Shown: in pieces, positions 40,001 to 52,699 of the stretch
Layout of the letters: every line of letters begins with the position of its first letter
Numbering within the stretch: position 1 is the first letter of the stretch
Origin: Treponema sp.
GTDB lineage: Bacteria > Spirochaetota > Spirochaetia > Treponematales > Treponemataceae
NCBI GenBank assembly: GCA_024697295.1
Contig: JAILFZ010000084.1
Span: 1 to 60,827, forward strand
Direction of reading: 5' to 3'
DNA: 60,827 nucleotides
Notes under the pieces: generated by a model
What the model was told of the DNA's origin: nothing
Database searches by the model: none
The model's input: the letters and a program-made list of their open reading frames with translations, nothing else
Position numbers and translations under genes: made by a program

Positions 40001-41191
40001 CTATTCGATAATCTTTGTAACCTGTCCAGAAGCGATTGTACGACCGCCTTCACGGATAGCAAGTTTAAGACCTTCGTCCATAGCGATTGGGTGAATAAGT
40101 TCACCAATAATCTTAACGTTGTCGCCTGGTTTAACCATGTCTGTACCAGCTTCGAGTTCTACAGTACCTGTGATATCTGTAGTTCTGAAGTAGAACTGTG
40201 GGCGATAACCTGTAAAGAATGGGCTGTGGCGTCCACCTTCTTCCTTAGAAAGAACGTAGATCTGAGCTTCGAATTTTGTGTGTGGGTGGATTGAACCAGG
40301 AGCTGAAAGAACCTGACCACGAACAACATCTTTCTTTTCAACACCACGGAGGAGGATACCAACGTTATCACCAGCCTGACCCTGATCAAGAGTTTTCTGG
40401 AACATTTCGATACCAGTTACAGTTGAAGAAGCGGTAGGGCGGATACCAACGATTTCTACTGGATCGTTCATATTGATTACACCACGTTCGATACGTCCTG
40501 TTACTACAGTACCACGACCAGAGATTGTGAAGATGTCTTCGATTGGCATCAAGAATGGTTTCTGATCATCGCGAACTGGATCATCGAACCATGTGTCCAT
40601 TGCAGTAAGGAGTTCTTCGATACATTTTGTATCATCAGCAGAAGCGCCGTCCTGGAGAGCTTTGAAAGCAGATCCCTTGATGATTGGTGTGTCAGCAGAG
40701 AAGCCGTATTTCTGGATTGTATCTTTAACGTCTTCTTCTACGAGCATCAACATTTCTTCATCACCGTCGAGCTGGTCAACTTTGTTCAAGAATACGATGA
40801 TCTTTGGTACACCTACCTGACGAGCAAGCAAAAGGTGTTCTTTTGTCTGAGCCATAACACCATCAGTAGCTGCGATTACAAGAATAGCACCGTCCATCTG
40901 AGCGGCACCAGTAATCATGTTCTTTACATAGTCAGCGTGTCCTGGACAGTCGATGTGTGCGTAGTGGCGTTTGTCTGACTGATATTCCAAGTGACGAGTA
41001 TTGATAGTAATACCACGCTCTTTCTCTTCTGGAGCGTTATCAATTTCATCATACTTAAGAACTTTATCACCATACTTTTTAGCACAGTATGAAGTGATAG
41101 CAGCAGACAAAGTTGTCTTACCATGGTCAACGTGACCGATAGTACCAACGTTCATGTGAGGTTTAGTTCTGACGAACTTCTCCTTAGCCAT
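40001..41191 (-). CDS. tuf: Elongation factor Tu
   Basis: [26 protein letters not shown] and YRPQFYFRT. Confidence 0.99.
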   Translation of the reverse strand: MAKEKFVRTKPHMNVGTIGHVDHGKTTLSAAITSYCAKKYGDKVLKYDEIDNAPEEKERGITINTRHLEYQSDKRHYAHIDCPGHADYVKNMITGAAQMDGAILVIAATDGVMAQTKEHLLLARQVGVPKIIVFLNKVDQLDGDEEMLMLVEEDVKDTIQKYGFSADTPIIKGSAFKALQDGASADDTKCIEELLTAMDTWFDDPVRDDQKPFLMPIEDIFTISGRGTVVTGRIERGVINMNDPVEIVGIRPTASSTVTGIEMFQKTLDQGQAGDNVGILLRGVEKKDVVRGQVLSAPGSIHPHTKFEAQIYVLSKEEGGRHSPFFTGYRPQFYFRTTDITGTVELEAGTDMVKPGDNVKIIGELIHPIAMDEGLKLAIREGGRTIASGQVTKIIE

Positions 41192-41754
41192 GTGTTTCTC
41201 CTTTGCCGAAACTCTTTTTTCGTTCGGCTTTTAAAAATATATGTGTTGCACTTTAAGCCAGAACGGGACTTTTTCACACAGAAAAGGTCACATTCGCATA
41301 CACACTAATTTATTTATTATTGATGTTAGAAAAAGCAGCTTTTAACTGTACCTTATATAATTCAAGGTACATTTCCGAAACCACCTATCATCATCAAAAT
41401 AAAATCTCAACAACTGGTCTGGCATTCAGAATTATCATGCAGGGCAAGAAGATTGCCTGCAACAGAAACCCAGACCTTTGCGCCAGGGCCATATCTACCT
41501 GAAAACCGTTTTGCAGTTAACTTTACGGTAAATATCAGACTTAATAATTGAAGTCTGTCTGAACAATTCAAAGAACCCAACCTAAATACCGACAATAAGC
41601 CCATTTAGGCGCGTTCTTTATTTATACATTTTTTAGAAAATAAATTCAATAGCTAAAAATTGAATTTTAATAAATTTTCAAAATACTTCGGGTCAAGCCA
41701 TACTCTCACCTGGAGTACTGCATCATCGCATTTAGAATTTGGCATAATCCTCAA

Positions 41755-41787
41755 TAAAAAAGACCGCCCCGGTAAAAGGCGGTCTTT
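41755..41787 (-). terminator. Intrinsic terminator after rpsG
   Basis: Stem AAAGACCGCC/GGCGGTCTTT with a T run on the minus strand. Confidence 0.85.
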
Positions 41788-41803
41788 ATAAAGAAGTCTG
41801 AAA

Positions 41804-42274
41804 CTACCAGCGGTAGTGAGCAAATGCTTTGTTTGCTTCTGCCATCTTGTGTGTATCTTCCTTCTTCTTGTATGCAGAACCTGTATTGTTGAATGCATCA
41901 TAAAGTTCTGATGCCAATGTGTCTGCCATACCGTGACCTGAGCGGCTGCGTGCAGCTGTGATAATCCAGCGCATTGCAAGAGCTTCACGGCGTGAATCTC
42001 TGATTTCGATAGGTACCTGGTAAGTAGCACCACCAACGCGGCGTGACTTTACTTCTACCATAGGTTTAACGTTATCAAGAGCCTTGTTGAATACTTCAAG
42101 TGGATCCTGATTTGTTTTTGCCTTAAGTTTATCCATAGCTTCATAGATAATCTTGGTACATGTTTCTTTTTTACCGTCGAGCATCATTCTGCTGACGAAT
42201 TTTGTAACAACCGGGCTGTTGTATTTTGCATCTGGCATAACAGGACGGTTTACCGATTTCTTATGTCTTCCCAT
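41804..42274 (-). CDS. rpsG: 30S ribosomal protein S7
   Basis: EVKSRRVGGATYQVP and HKMAEANKAFAHYRW. Confidence 0.98.
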   Translation of the reverse strand: MGRHKKSVNRPVMPDAKYNSPVVTKFVSRMMLDGKKETCTKIIYEAMDKLKAKTNQDPLEVFNKALDNVKPMVEVKSRRVGGATYQVPIEIRDSRREALAMRWIITAARSRSGHGMADTLASELYDAFNNTGSAYKKKEDTHKMAEANKAFAHYRW

Positions 42275-42293
42275 AGTAATCCTCCTTTAATCC

Positions 42294-42668
42294 TTATGCC
42301 TTAGGCTTCTTAGCACCGTACTTAGAGCGGGCACGTTTACGTCCTTCAACTCCAAGAGTATCTTTTGTACCGCGAATAATGTGGTAACGTACACCAGGAA
42401 GGTCCTTTACACGTCCACCGCGGATAAGAACAACTGAGTGTTCCTGCAAGTTATGTCCAATACCAGGAATGTATGCAGTAACTTCAATTCCATTTGACAA
42501 GCGAACACGGGCTACCTTACGGAGAGCTGAGTTCGGTTTTTTAGGTGTAACAGTCATAACACGTGTGCAAACGCCACGTTTCTGTGGGCAAGACTCAAGT
42601 GCGGGAGCTTTAGTCGTATTTGCCAAAGTCTGTCTACCTTTACGAATTAATTGATTTATTGTAGGCAT
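42294..42668 (-). CDS. rpsL: 30S ribosomal protein S12
   Basis: [17 protein letters not shown] and [10 protein letters not shown]. Confidence 0.99.
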   Translation of the reverse strand: MPTINQLIRKGRQTLANTTKAPALESCPQKRGVCTRVMTVTPKKPNSALRKVARVRLSNGIEVTAYIPGIGHNLQEHSVVLIRGGRVKDLPGVRYHIIRGTKDTLGVEGRKRARSKYGAKKPKA

Positions 42669-42746
42669 CGGCCTATTCTCCTATTTACATGCCGGTCAGC
42701 ACCCCGGACAGAATAAACAAAACAACCCTAAAGTTTAGGGAATTCA

Positions 42747-42776
42747 ATAATAACGAATTCTAAACAATACAGTCAA
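42747..42776 (-). promoter_or_regulatory. Sigma70-type promoter for rpsL-rpsG
   Basis: TTGACT-N18-TATTAT. Confidence 0.6.
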
Positions 42777-42789
42777 GAACTCATAATGA

Positions 42790-42824
42790 AAATTCGGTGA
42801 ATTCACATTGAATTCACCGAATTT
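42790..42824 (-). terminator. Hairpin terminator after rpoC
   Basis: Perfect 16-bp inverted repeat AAATTCGGTGAATTCA-cat-TGAATTCACCGAATTT. Confidence 0.75.
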
Positions 42825-42832
42825 CAAGGAAA

Positions 42833-45800
42833 TTAGTCCTCGTCAGCTACAGATTCTACAGTAGACTCTTCCATCTGGGTTTCCGGCTTCTCTTCTGCCT
42901 TAAGACGAGCGAGAGCTTCTTCCATCTGGATGTCGAGGTCATTATCAGAACCGTCAAAGAGTTTAACGTTTCTGTAGTTGCGGATACCTGTTCCGGCTGG
43001 AATCATGTGTCCGATAATTACGTTTTCTTTCAAACCGCGCAAGTGATCTTCATCACCGGCAATAGCTGCGTTTGTAAGAACACGGGTTGTTTCCTGGAAT
43101 GAAGATGCAGAAATGAATGAGTCTGTAGCCAAAGCTGCCTTTGTAATACCCTGGAACATCGGGCGTGCAACAGCCGGCTGACCGCCTTCTGCGATAACGC
43201 GTTTGTTTTCTGCATGGAACTGGTATTTATCTACCTGGTCACCGAAGATGTATTTTGTATCACCAACGGAAACAACTTCTACCTTGCGGAGCATCTGGCG
43301 AACGATAACACCAATGTGTTTGTCGTCAATTGCTACACCCTGTGCAGAGTAAACTCCCTGGATTTCGTTCATCAGGTATTCCTGGAGAGCGTTTTCACCG
43401 AGGATTGCAAGGATGTCGTGTGCACTTGCTGCACCGTCACAAAGCTGTTCACCTGCCAGAACATGGTCACCGTCGCGAACGAGGAGACGCTGTGTCATTG
43501 GAATCTGGTGTTCAAAAGACTTGCCGTATTCGTCTTCTACTACGATTGTACGTTTACCTTTTGTAACTCCCTTGAACTTAACAGTTCCGGAAATCTGTGA
43601 AAGAACACAAGGATTCTTTGGTTTACGAGCTTCGAAGAGTTCAGATACACGTGGAAGACCACCTGTAATATCGTTTGTCTTGGCAGCAGCAACAGGCATC
43701 TTGGCAAGGATGTTACCTGCTTCAACAGACTGTTTATCTTCTACCTGAAGGATAGCGCCTGCAGGGAGGAAGTAAGATGCTGCTTCGTTACCAGCTTCAT
43801 CAGTAATAAGGATACGAGGCTGTTTCTGATCCATGTGGAGGTCAGTGATGTAACGTTCTGTTTTACCAGAGTTTGTATCGATAACTTCTTCGAGGGTTGC
43901 GCCAGGAATAATATCTTCAAAGTGAACGTATCCGCTTACTTCGGCAATAATTGGTTCAGAGAATGGATCGAATGTACCGATTACATCTCCGGCCTTAACA
44001 ATGTCGCCTGCCTTAACCTGAACTGTAGAACCGTTGGCAATTTCTACCTTCTGTTCGTTACCTGCAAGGTAAAGAGTTCCGTTAAGAACGAGGATGCGTC
44101 CGTTTTCTTTTGCTACAAAGTCACCGCGCTTGCGTTCAACAAGTACAGTTCCCTTAAGTACACGGCTACCGTCCTGAACTACAGCCTTGTCACCGTTTTC
44201 AAGTTTGCATGAATCGATAAGACGGGTTGTAATCATTGTACCTTTACGGGTAAAGAGCCAGCTGTCGTCGCTGTTTACAACGTGTGTACCATTGATGTCT
44301 CCAACAAGTACGTCGTATTTGAGAACAATCTTGTTGTCTTCAGTTTCCTTGGAAGCAGTACCACCAACGTGGAATGTACGCATTGTAAGCTGTGTACCCG
44401 GCTGACCGATTGACTGAGCGGCGATAACACCTACAGCTTCACCGATTTCAACGAGTTTATTGCGTGCGAGGTTTTTACCGTAACACTTAACACAAACACC
44501 GTGTTCAGCTTCACAGGTAAGTACAGTTCGGAGCTTAACTTTTTCAACACCGGCGTCTTCGATTTTCTTTGCAAGTTCGTCAGTGATGTAGTCGTTGGCA
44601 TCACAAATGAGTTCACCTGTTACCGGGTGAATTACACGTTCAATTGTAAAGTGACCTGCAATTCTCTTTGAAAGAGGAGTAATGATTTCGTCACCGTTTT
44701 TAATGGCTGTATAATCGATACCGTTGATAGTGCCACAGTCTTCTTCGTTTACAACGACATCCTGTGCAACATCAACAAGACGACGGGTCATGTAACCGGC
44801 GTCGGCTGTCTTAAGAGCGGTATCGGTAAGACCCTTGCGGGCACCGTTTGAAGAAATGAAGTATTCGATAACCGAAAGACCTTCACGGAAGTTTGACTTA
44901 ACCGGGAGTTCAATGATGTCGCCGTTAGGCTTAGCCATCAAACCACGCATTGCGGCAAGCTGAGAGATCTGCTTTTTAGAACCGCGGGCACCAGAATCAG
45001 CCATCATATAGATAGTATTGAATCCGTCCTTATCCTTCTTGAGGTTTTCGTACATGATTTCTGTAAGCTTGTCATTGGTACGGGCCCAGATATCAGTTAC
45101 CTTGTTATAGCGTTCGTCCTGTGTGATAACACCACGAGAGTACTGACCAACGATTTCTTCAACTTCTTTGTTTGCTTTATCAACCATTGGCTTTTTCTCT
45201 TCCGGAATGATGATATCTTCCATAGAAAGAGTTGCACCAAAGAATGTTGCGTTTTTGTAACCACAAGCCTTGATTGCGTCGAGCATCTGGATTGTGAGCC
45301 ATGCTCCCTTGGTATGGAATACTTTTTCGATCATCTTGCGAAGATCTTTATCACCCATACGTTCGTTTACAAATCCAACGCCTTCCGGCATTTCTGCATT
45401 AAAGCGGATGCGGCCTGCAGTTGTTTTGATTACATCACCGGCTTTGAAAGCACCGTCAACGAATGAATCCTTTGGAGCCGGAACTTTGATTTCTGCCTGC
45501 CATTCAATAAAGCCGTCTTCAGCAGCCATAACTGCTTCGTCATCGCTTGAGAAACGTTTGTTTGTTCCCTTGGCGTTTGGCTTGACAGAAGTCATATAGT
45601 AGATACCCAATACCATGTCCTGTGACGGATAAACGATTGTGTTACCGTTGGCAGGGTCAAGAAGGTTGCGGGCTGAGAGCATCAATGTCCAGCATTCCAT
45701 CTGAGCTGCCTGAGTAAGAGGAACGTGGATAGCCATCTGGTCACCATCGAAGTCGGCGTTGAAAGCTTTACATGCGAGAGGGTGAAGTTTAAGGGCTTTA

Positions 45801-47098
45801 CCTTCAACAAGTACAGGTTCAAAAGCCTGGATACCAAGACGGTGGAGGGTCGGAGCACGGTTAAGCATAACCGGATGTTCGCGGACTACTTCGTCAAGGA
45901 TGGCAAATACTTCAGGTGATTCCTGTTCAACAAGAGTCTTAGCCTTTTTGATATTGAATACAACTTCTTTATCAACGAGTTTTTTCATGATAAACGGCTT
46001 GAACAGTTCAAGAGCCATTTTTGTAGGGAGACCGCACTGCCAGAGTTTGAGTTCCGGTCCAACTACGATTACCGAACGTCCAGAGTAGTCAACACGCTTA
46101 CCGAGAAGGTTCTGGCGGAATCGTCCCTGTTTACCTTTGAGCATATCGCTGATTGATTTGAGAGGGCGGTTTGAAGCACCCTTTACAGATCGCTTGCGTT
46201 TAGAGTTGTCGAACAATGCGTCAACAGCTTCCTGGAGCATGCGTTTTTCGTTACGGATAATGATTTCCGGAGCAGAAAGCTGCTTAAGTCTCTGAAGACG
46301 ATTATTGCGGTTGATTACGCGGCGGTAAAGGTCGTTAAGGTCAGATGTAGCAAAACGTCCGCCATCGAGCTGTACCATAGGGCGTAAATCAGGCGGAATA
46401 ACTGGAATTACATCAAGAACCATCCATGATGCCTTGTTGCCTGAAGAGCGGAAGTCTTCTACGATGCTGATGCGTTTGAGAAGGCGTTTGTCACTCTTTG
46501 CTCCCTTTTCGCGCATTTTGTCGCGCAATTCAGCAGCGAGTTCGTCGAGGTTGAGGTTTTCGAGCATGGTTTTGATAGCTTCGGCACCCATACCTGCAGT
46601 AAATGACTGACCATAGCGTTCAACATCTTCCATGTATTCTTCTTCAGAAAGAAGTTGACCTTTCTTAAGTTCAGTGTCACCTGCATCGAGAACGATGTAT
46701 TTTTCGTAGTACAAAACAGAGCGGAGCTGGGCAACCTGCATATCAAGCAAAAGACCCATGCGGCTCGGAACTGATTTGTAGTACCAGATGTGGCTTACAG
46801 GAGCTGCAAGTTCAATATGTCCTGTACGTTCACGGCGAACCTTGAAGTGAGTAACTTCAACACCACAACGGTCACAGATTACACCCTTGTAACGGATAGA
46901 CTTGAATTTACCGCAGTAACATTCCCATTCCTTTGTAGTACCGAAAATGCGTTCGCAGAAAAGACCGTCTTTCTCAGGGCGGAGAGTACGATAGTTAATT
47001 GTTTCCGGCTTTTTAACTTCGCCGTAAGACCAGCTGCGGATGTCATCCGGGCTGGCAAGTTTAATTTTTATTGAATCAAAATCCTGAATATCACGCAT
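42833..47098 (-). CDS. rpoC: RNA polymerase beta' subunit
   Basis: [20 protein letters not shown] and [25 protein letters not shown]. Start ATG 47098 overlaps the rpoB end. Confidence 0.99.
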   Translation of the reverse strand: MRDIQDFDSIKIKLASPDDIRSWSYGEVKKPETINYRTLRPEKDGLFCERIFGTTKEWECYCGKFKSIRYKGVICDRCGVEVTHFKVRRERTGHIELAAPVSHIWYYKSVPSRMGLLLDMQVAQLRSVLYYEKYIVLDAGDTELKKGQLLSEEEYMEDVERYGQSFTAGMGAEAIKTMLENLNLDELAAELRDKMREKGAKSDKRLLKRISIVEDFRSSGNKASWMVLDVIPVIPPDLRPMVQLDGGRFATSDLNDLYRRVINRNNRLQRLKQLSAPEIIIRNEKRMLQEAVDALFDNSKRKRSVKGASNRPLKSISDMLKGKQGRFRQNLLGKRVDYSGRSVIVVGPELKLWQCGLPTKMALELFKPFIMKKLVDKEVVFNIKKAKTLVEQESPEVFAILDEVVREHPVMLNRAPTLHRLGIQAFEPVLVEGKALKLHPLACKAFNADFDGDQMAIHVPLTQAAQMECWTLMLSARNLLDPANGNTIVYPSQDMVLGIYYMTSVKPNAKGTNKRFSSDDEAVMAAEDGFIEWQAEIKVPAPKDSFVDGAFKAGDVIKTTAGRIRFNAEMPEGVGFVNERMGDKDLRKMIEKVFHTKGAWLTIQMLDAIKACGYKNATFFGATLSMEDIIIPEEKKPMVDKANKEVEEIVGQYSRGVITQDERYNKVTDIWARTNDKLTEIMYENLKKDKDGFNTIYMMADSGARGSKKQISQLAAMRGLMAKPNGDIIELPVKSNFREGLSVIEYFISSNGARKGLTDTALKTADAGYMTRRLVDVAQDVVVNEEDCGTINGIDYTAIKNGDEIITPLSKRIAGHFTIERVIHPVTGELICDANDYITDELAKKIEDAGVEKVKLRTVLTCEAEHGVCVKCYGKNLARNKLVEIGEAVGVIAAQSIGQPGTQLTMRTFHVGGTASKETEDNKIVLKYDVLVGDINGTHVVNSDDSWLFTRKGTMITTRLIDSCKLENGDKAVVQDGSRVLKGTVLVERKRGDFVAKENGRILVLNGTLYLAGNEQKVEIANGSTVQVKAGDIVKAGDVIGTFDPFSEPIIAEVSGYVHFEDIIPGATLEEVIDTNSGKTERYITDLHMDQKQPRILITDEAGNEAASYFLPAGAILQVEDKQSVEAGNILAKMPVAAAKTNDITGGLPRVSELFEARKPKNPCVLSQISGTVKFKGVTKGKRTIVVEDEYGKSFEHQIPMTQRLLVRDGDHVLAGEQLCDGAASAHDILAILGENALQEYLMNEIQGVYSAQGVAIDDKHIGVIVRQMLRKVEVVSVGDTKYIFGDQVDKYQFHAENKRVIAEGGQPAVARPMFQGITKAALATDSFISASSFQETTRVLTNAAIAGDEDHLRGLKENVIIGHMIPAGTGIRNYRNVKLFDGSDNDLDIQMEEALARLKAEEKPETQMEESTVESVADED

Positions 47099-50000
47099 CT
47101 TCATTCTCCTTGTCGAAACCTGAGCTCTGTTTTTCAATCAGTTCCTGGTCACGTTCGGTAAGAGCAATACGTTTGCCCTTTGCGTCATAAATTGTAAAGT
47201 CCAAAGCAAGACCACGAAGTTCCTGTACCATTACGTTGAATGATTCTGGAACACCTGCCGGAGCAGCCGGATCACCCTTTACGATAGATTCGTAAATCTT
47301 TGAACGTCCATTCATATCATCGGATTTGATAGTCATCATTTCCTGAAGGGTATTTGCAGCACCATATGCTTCAAGAGCCCAAACTTCCATTTCTCCAAGA
47401 CGCTGACCACCGAACTGAGCTTTACCACCGAGTGGCTGCTGAGTTACGAGAGAGTAAGGACCTGTTGAACGGGCGTGCATCTTGTCATCAACAAGGTGGT
47501 GCAGTTTAAGGAAGTAAATAACTCCGACAAAGATTGGGTTAACGAAAGGTTCACCTGTGCGGCCGTCGCGTACAATCTGTTTACAGTCAGGGCTAAGTCC
47601 TGCTTCCTGGAGTTTTTCTGCAATCTGTTCCTGTGAAGGAGTCTGGAATGCAGGGGATTCGAAGTACTGATTAAGGTAGCGGCCTGCAATACCAAGTTCA
47701 GATTCCATGATCTGACCGATGTTCATGCGGGAAGGTACACCAAGCGGGTTAAGACAAACATCAAGTGGAGTACCGTCTGCCAGGTATGGCATGTCTTCTT
47801 CCGGGAGAATACGTGCTACGACACCCTTGTTTCCGTGGCGTCCGGCCATTTTATCGCCTTCGCAGAGCTTACGTTTATTTGCAATAAGAACTTTAACCTG
47901 TTCATCAACACCAGGATTAAGGTCATCACCGGCAGTTCTCTTGAGACGCTGTACATCAAGTACAACACCTTCTACACCGTGCGGAACGCGCAGAGAGTTG
48001 TCGCGAACTTCTTTTGCCTTTTCACCGAAGATTGAATTCAAGAGTTTGAATTCCGGTGTAGTTTCTGTTTCAGACTTAGGAGTTACCTTACCAACAAGGA
48101 TGTCTCCCGAGCGAACTTTAGCACCGATACGGATGATACCTTCCGAGTCGAGGTTGTTGAGCATCTTTTCAGATGTGTTTGGTACATCGCGGGTAATCTT
48201 TTCCGGTCCGAGTTTTGTTTCGCGGATTTCGGTTGAGAATTCCTTGATGTGGATAGAAGTATACATGTCTTCCTTAACTACGCGGCGGCTGATAAGAACA
48301 GCGTCTTCGTAGTTGTATCCGTTCCAAGGTACGAATCCAACGAGAAGATTGCGTCCGAGAGAAAGTTCACCATTGAATGTTGCAGGTCCGTCAGCGAGAA
48401 CATCGCCTTTCTTAACCTTTTCGCCGATTTCAACAGTTGGTCTCTGGTGGTTACATGTATCGTTATTGGTTCTCTGGTATTTGAGAAGCGGATATTCATC
48501 AATTTTGTCAGAACCGTCAACTTTAACTTTGATGAGGTTGCTTTCTACCCAAACAACTTCACCGTCATGTTTAGCTTTAATGAGAACGCCTGAATCATAA
48601 GCGGCCTTACCTTCCATACCTGTACCAACATAAGGTGGTTCAGGGAAGAGCAGAGGAACGCCCTGGCGCTGCATGTTACAACCCATCAAAGCACGGTTAG
48701 CGTCATCGTGTTCAAGGAAAGGAACGAGAGAAGCAGAAACCGAAATTACCTGACGAGGAGAAACGTCCATATACTGGATGTCTTTTACGCTGCGTGTTGT
48801 GTAGTCACCCTGGTGACGGCAGCTTACCATATCAGTCGGGAAGGAACCGTCCTTCTTCATGCCTTCAGCAACCTGACCGATGTAGTACTTGTCTTCATCA
48901 ATAGCAGAGAGGTATTCAACCTGGTCTGTGGCCTTACCGTCTACAACCTTGCGGTACGGTGTTTCAAGGAATCCATAGTCGTTAACACGAGTGTAGATAG
49001 CCAGAGAAACGATCAAACCAATGTTCGGACCTTCAGGAGTTTCGATAGGGCACATTCGTCCGTAGTGAGTATAGTGTACATCACGAACTTCAAATCCGGC
49101 ACGTTCACGGGAAAGACCGCCAGGACCGAGAGCGTTAAGACGACGTTTATGAGTAAGTTCAGAAAGAGGGTTAACCTGATCCATGAACTGAGAAAGCTGT
49201 GATGAACCGAAGAATTCTTTAATCGAAGCAACGATAGGCTTGATAGAAATCAAATCCTGAGGCTTCATCGTTTCAGTTTCTTTGAGGCTCATTCTTTCTT
49301 TTGCAATGCGTTCCATGCGGCTGAAAGCGGTCTTGAGCGAGTTAGTCATAAGTTCGCCAACAGAACGGATACGACGGTTACCGAGGTGGTCGATATCATC
49401 GAGGAGTTCGTTTCCGATGTAAACCTTGATCAGGTGACGCATTGTGTTGATGATATCGCTCTTTACGAGAGTGAGTGTATCAACAGGGTCTGAGTAGTTT
49501 TCAAATTTTTTGTTGAGCTTGTAACGACCAACACGACCGAGGTCGTAGTGACGGATGTTGAAGAACATACCTTCAAGTTCGTTTCTAGCTACTTCTGCAG
49601 CCATTGGCTCACCAGGCTTTAGGACAGTAAATACGGCAGACAATGCGTCTTCCAGAGTCGGTTCTTCGTTAAGAGCACCTTCCTTTGTGTATTTCATGTC
49701 TTCACGTTCGAAACAGTTGATGATAATCTGGCTGTCGAGGGACGGGTTGAATTCTTCTTTGTCTCCCTTGCGCTTGCGTGCATCGAAGAGAATTACACAG
49801 ATTTCTTTAACGTTCTGAGTAATAAGGTCATCAACCTCATGCGGGTGAAGTTTTTCACCTGCGCGGAAGAGAACTTTTTCTTCGCCGTTTTCATCTTTGA
49901 TTTTTACAGCGCTTGCAAGAACGCGGTCAACAAGAGAATCTTTATTCTTTGTGTCTACTTTTACATTTTCTGTTTTGTAGAAGCAGCGGATAATCTCTTC

Positions 50001-50633
50001 ACGTGTTGAATAACCGAGTGCGCGGAGGAAGATAGTTCCTAAAACCTTCTTTTTGCGGTCGATTTTTGCGTAGATAAGTTCTTTTTTCTGGTCGATTTCA
50101 AATTCAAGCCAAGATCCGTGATAAGGAATGATACGGCTTGAGTAAACGCCTTTTTCGTGATTGAAGATTACACCAGGCGAACGGTGGATCTGTGAAACTA
50201 CAACGCGTTCTGCACCGTTGATAACAAAAGTTCCACGATCAGTCATGAGCGGAATATCACCCATGTATATATCTTTCTGCAGAATTGCACCTGAGTCCTT
50301 AAAATTAAGGTTGATTCTTGCCTTGAGAGGCACAGAATAGGTCAATCCCTTCTGTTTGCATTCAAGCTCAGAAAATTTAATGTTGTCTTCTTCGAGCTGA
50401 TAGAATTCATACTCCAAAGACATGTTGCCATCAGGACTAACGATAGGGAAAGTTGAAGTAAATACTTCCTGAAGCCCCTTGTTTTCCAATGGTTCATTGT
50501 TATCCAATTTTTCTTTTTGAAGAAAACTTTCGTAAGACGACAACTGAATGTCGATAAGACTCGGAATTTCCATGAAGTTCTGGATGTCTTTTCCGAAATA
50601 CTGACGATTGATGACTCTACTTTTAGCGAACAT
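47091..50633 (-). CDS. rpoB: RNA polymerase beta subunit
   Basis: [31 protein letters not shown] and [13 protein letters not shown]. Start ATG 50633. Confidence 0.99.
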   Translation of the reverse strand: MFAKSRVINRQYFGKDIQNFMEIPSLIDIQLSSYESFLQKEKLDNNEPLENKGLQEVFTSTFPIVSPDGNMSLEYEFYQLEEDNIKFSELECKQKGLTYSVPLKARINLNFKDSGAILQKDIYMGDIPLMTDRGTFVINGAERVVVSQIHRSPGVIFNHEKGVYSSRIIPYHGSWLEFEIDQKKELIYAKIDRKKKVLGTIFLRALGYSTREEIIRCFYKTENVKVDTKNKDSLVDRVLASAVKIKDENGEEKVLFRAGEKLHPHEVDDLITQNVKEICVILFDARKRKGDKEEFNPSLDSQIIINCFEREDMKYTKEGALNEEPTLEDALSAVFTVLKPGEPMAAEVARNELEGMFFNIRHYDLGRVGRYKLNKKFENYSDPVDTLTLVKSDIINTMRHLIKVYIGNELLDDIDHLGNRRIRSVGELMTNSLKTAFSRMERIAKERMSLKETETMKPQDLISIKPIVASIKEFFGSSQLSQFMDQVNPLSELTHKRRLNALGPGGLSRERAGFEVRDVHYTHYGRMCPIETPEGPNIGLIVSLAIYTRVNDYGFLETPYRKVVDGKATDQVEYLSAIDEDKYYIGQVAEGMKKDGSFPTDMVSCRHQGDYTTRSVKDIQYMDVSPRQVISVSASLVPFLEHDDANRALMGCNMQRQGVPLLFPEPPYVGTGMEGKAAYDSGVLIKAKHDGEVVWVESNLIKVKVDGSDKIDEYPLLKYQRTNNDTCNHQRPTVEIGEKVKKGDVLADGPATFNGELSLGRNLLVGFVPWNGYNYEDAVLISRRVVKEDMYTSIHIKEFSTEIRETKLGPEKITRDVPNTSEKMLNNLDSEGIIRIGAKVRSGDILVGKVTPKSETETTPEFKLLNSIFGEKAKEVRDNSLRVPHGVEGVVLDVQRLKRTAGDDLNPGVDEQVKVLIANKRKLCEGDKMAGRHGNKGVVARILPEEDMPYLADGTPLDVCLNPLGVPSRMNIGQIMESELGIAGRYLNQYFESPAFQTPSQEQIAEKLQEAGLSPDCKQIVRDGRTGEPFVNPIFVGVIYFLKLHHLVDDKMHARSTGPYSLVTQQPLGGKAQFGGQRLGEMEVWALEAYGAANTLQEMMTIKSDDMNGRSKIYESIVKGDPAAPAGVPESFNVMVQELRGLALDFTIYDAKGKRIALTERDQELIEKQSSGFDKENEDA

Positions 50634-50923
50634 CAATTCCCCCTGAAGAAAGCATTGCCTTTTTAGATTGCTACATGATACACACCCTGCATAACATACA
50701 AAATGTGTCCACAGCACAATAAAAAAAAGCTTTTTTGCCGAAAATCCGGCGTTTTGATCAGTTATTTTTAAATTTTAGATATCTGCCTTATAAACAGATA
50801 AAGCCTACGGGTAACATTTGACCTTTACCCGTAAGCATTTAATACGTCGAGTCAAGGCACGCATACGCTTAAAGCCTTGACTTCGCCGGTTTTAGGGTTT
50901 GTAATAAACCCTAAATAAGGTTG

Positions 50924-50961
50924 AATTGAAAAACCGCCTGTTCAAGCGGCTTTTCCAATTT
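50924..50961 (-). terminator. Attenuator/terminator after rplL
   Basis: Minus strand reads AAATTGGAAAAGCCGCTTGAACAGGCGGTTTTTCAATT. Confidence 0.75.
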
Positions 50962-50969
50962 CATTAAGC

Positions 50970-51350
50970 TTATTTTTTAGAAGCTTTACCGCCGGCTTCT
51001 TCAACTTTCTTGATGAGTTCATCAGCTTCTGCTTTAGAAACACCAGCTTTGAGTTCTTTTGGTGCACCTTCAACGAGAGCTTTAGCCTCGCCAAGACCGA
51101 GACCGAGGAGTTCTTTAACTGCCTTGATAACTGCAATCTTTTTAGCTGCATCGAAGCTATCGAGAGTAACAGTGAATTCAGTCTGTTCTTCTGCTGCTGC
51201 TCCACCAGCTGCTGCTCCAGGAGCTGCTGCTACTGCAACTGCTGCTGTAACTCCGAATTTTTCTTCCATTGCTTTTACGAGTTCTGAAGCTTCAAGAACT
51301 GACATGTTTGCGATTGCGTCAAGGATCTGATCCTGTGTAATTGCTGCCAT
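50970..51350 (-). CDS. rplL: 50S ribosomal protein L7/L12
   Basis: [24 protein letters not shown] and [10 protein letters not shown]. Confidence 0.98.
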   Translation of the reverse strand: MAAITQDQILDAIANMSVLEASELVKAMEEKFGVTAAVAVAAAPGAAAGGAAAEEQTEFTVTLDSFDAAKKIAVIKAVKELLGLGLGEAKALVEGAPKELKAGVSKAEADELIKKVEEAGGKASKK

Positions 51351-51499
51351 ATTATCTTCTCCTAAATTGGCATGTCCGACATTTTGTCAGACTAATTTTG
51401 TTTGCAGCCGGAACAAACTGTACCGGTTAGCCTGCAATTTTATTTGTTGCAGGGACAGTCGACAGCTATGAAGCCTGAACCTGCTTCAGTAGAATTTGC

Positions 51500-52015
51500 T
51501 TAGTTAGCGCCTTCTGCTGATTTTTTATCCACATAAGCCTGCAATGTAGCGGCGAGTTTCTGAACCGGACCGTTGATTGTAGACATGAGCATAGCGATAA
51601 GCTGTTTCTTTCCAGGAACCTTTGAGAAGGCCTCGATTTTTGCAGCATCGAATACTTCATTGTTGATATAACCACCTTTTACAACAAGGTTAGGTGCATC
51701 TTTTGCAAAGTCAAAAAGGATTTTTGCAGCTTCGTTGCTGTCTTCTTTAGACATAACAACGGCAGTTGGTCCTTTAAGATAATCTGCTACATTGTCGATC
51801 TTCATTTCTTCGAAAGCAACACGTGCAAAGTTGTTTTTTACAACCTTGAGCGGAGCTTCCTTTTCGCGGAGCTTGTCGCGGAGAGCAGTAATCTGTTCTA
51901 CTGTAAGACCACGGTATTCAGCGAAGATGAAGTCGTTGTATTCAGAAAATACTTTCTTTGTTTCTTCGATAGCCTGAGTTTTAGCAGGCTGGAGTTTTTT
52001 TGCCATAATAGCCAT
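51500..52015 (-). CDS. rplJ: 50S ribosomal protein L10
   Basis: EYRGLTVEQITALR, VVKNN and LKGPTA. Confidence 0.97.
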   Translation of the reverse strand: MAIMAKKLQPAKTQAIEETKKVFSEYNDFIFAEYRGLTVEQITALRDKLREKEAPLKVVKNNFARVAFEEMKIDNVADYLKGPTAVVMSKEDSNEAAKILFDFAKDAPNLVVKGGYINNEVFDAAKIEAFSKVPGKKQLIAMLMSTINGPVQKLAATLQAYVDKKSAEGAN

Positions 52016-52018
52016 AGA

Positions 52019-52699
52019 TTATGCCTCCTCCTTGAAGTCTACCCAAACGCCAGGGCCCATTGAAGAGCTTACTGAAACAGAGCGAACAAAGTCTGCCTTT
52101 GCATCAGCTGGCTTTTTGCGGTCAAGTTCTGTAAGAAGAGTATTAACGTTTTCTGCAACTTTGTCAGAATCCATAGATACTTTACCTACAGCGATGTGAA
52201 TAATGCCTTCCTTATCAGCGCGGAATTCAGTACGACCTTTTTTAAGTTCTGCGATTGCGCCTGCGAGGTCATTTGTTACAGTACCTGTTTTTGGGTTAGG
52301 CATAAGACCTTTACGACCAAGAACCATACCGAGACGACCAACATCCTTCATCATGTCAGGAGTAGCAACTGCGATATCAAAATCGAGCCAACCACCCTTT
52401 ACTTTATCGATGTATTCAGTTGAACCAGCGTATGCGGCACCTGCATCGAGGGCTTCTTTAGCGCGGTCTTCAGTACAGAATACGAGAACTTTCTTTTCTG
52501 CAGTGAACTGGTGTGGGAACACGAGAGTATCACGAACAGTCTGGCTCTTTCCGAGGCGGAGAGCAACGTGAAGTTCTACAGTTGCATCGAATTTAACAAA
52601 GTTAATGTCTTTTACGATTTTACAAGCTTCAGCAACAGCGTAGTGTTTCTGAGCATCGTATTTTTTGAGGGCTTCAGAATATTTCTTTCCGTGTTTCAT
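52019..52699 (-). CDS. rplA: 50S ribosomal protein L1
   Basis: KFDATVE, ATPDMM and GLMPNPKTGTVT. Confidence 0.98.
   Translation of the reverse strand: MKHGKKYSEALKKYDAQKHYAVAEACKIVKDINFVKFDATVELHVALRLGKSQTVRDTLVFPHQFTAEKKVLVFCTEDRAKEALDAGAAYAGSTEYIDKVKGGWLDFDIAVATPDMMKDVGRLGMVLGRKGLMPNPKTGTVTNDLAGAIAELKKGRTEFRADKEGIIHIAVGKVSMDSDKVAENVNTLLTELDRKKPADAKADFVRSVSVSSSMGPGVWVDFKEEA

Noticed and set aside
41320-42036. Short ORFs 41320-41502, 41407-41604 and 41653-42036 as genes or fusA remnants
   Set aside because: No SD, no EF-G motifs, and they cross terminator and hairpin sequences.
42294-50633. Streptomycin or rifampicin resistance alleles in rpsL or rpoB
   Set aside because: rpsL retains PKKPNSA. 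I cannot assign rpoB cluster-I differences reliably without an alignment.
50760-50969. CRISPR array or tRNA cluster in the hairpin-rich spacers
   Set aside because: The hairpins differ in sequence, there is no repeated unit with spacers, and no cloverleaf is present.
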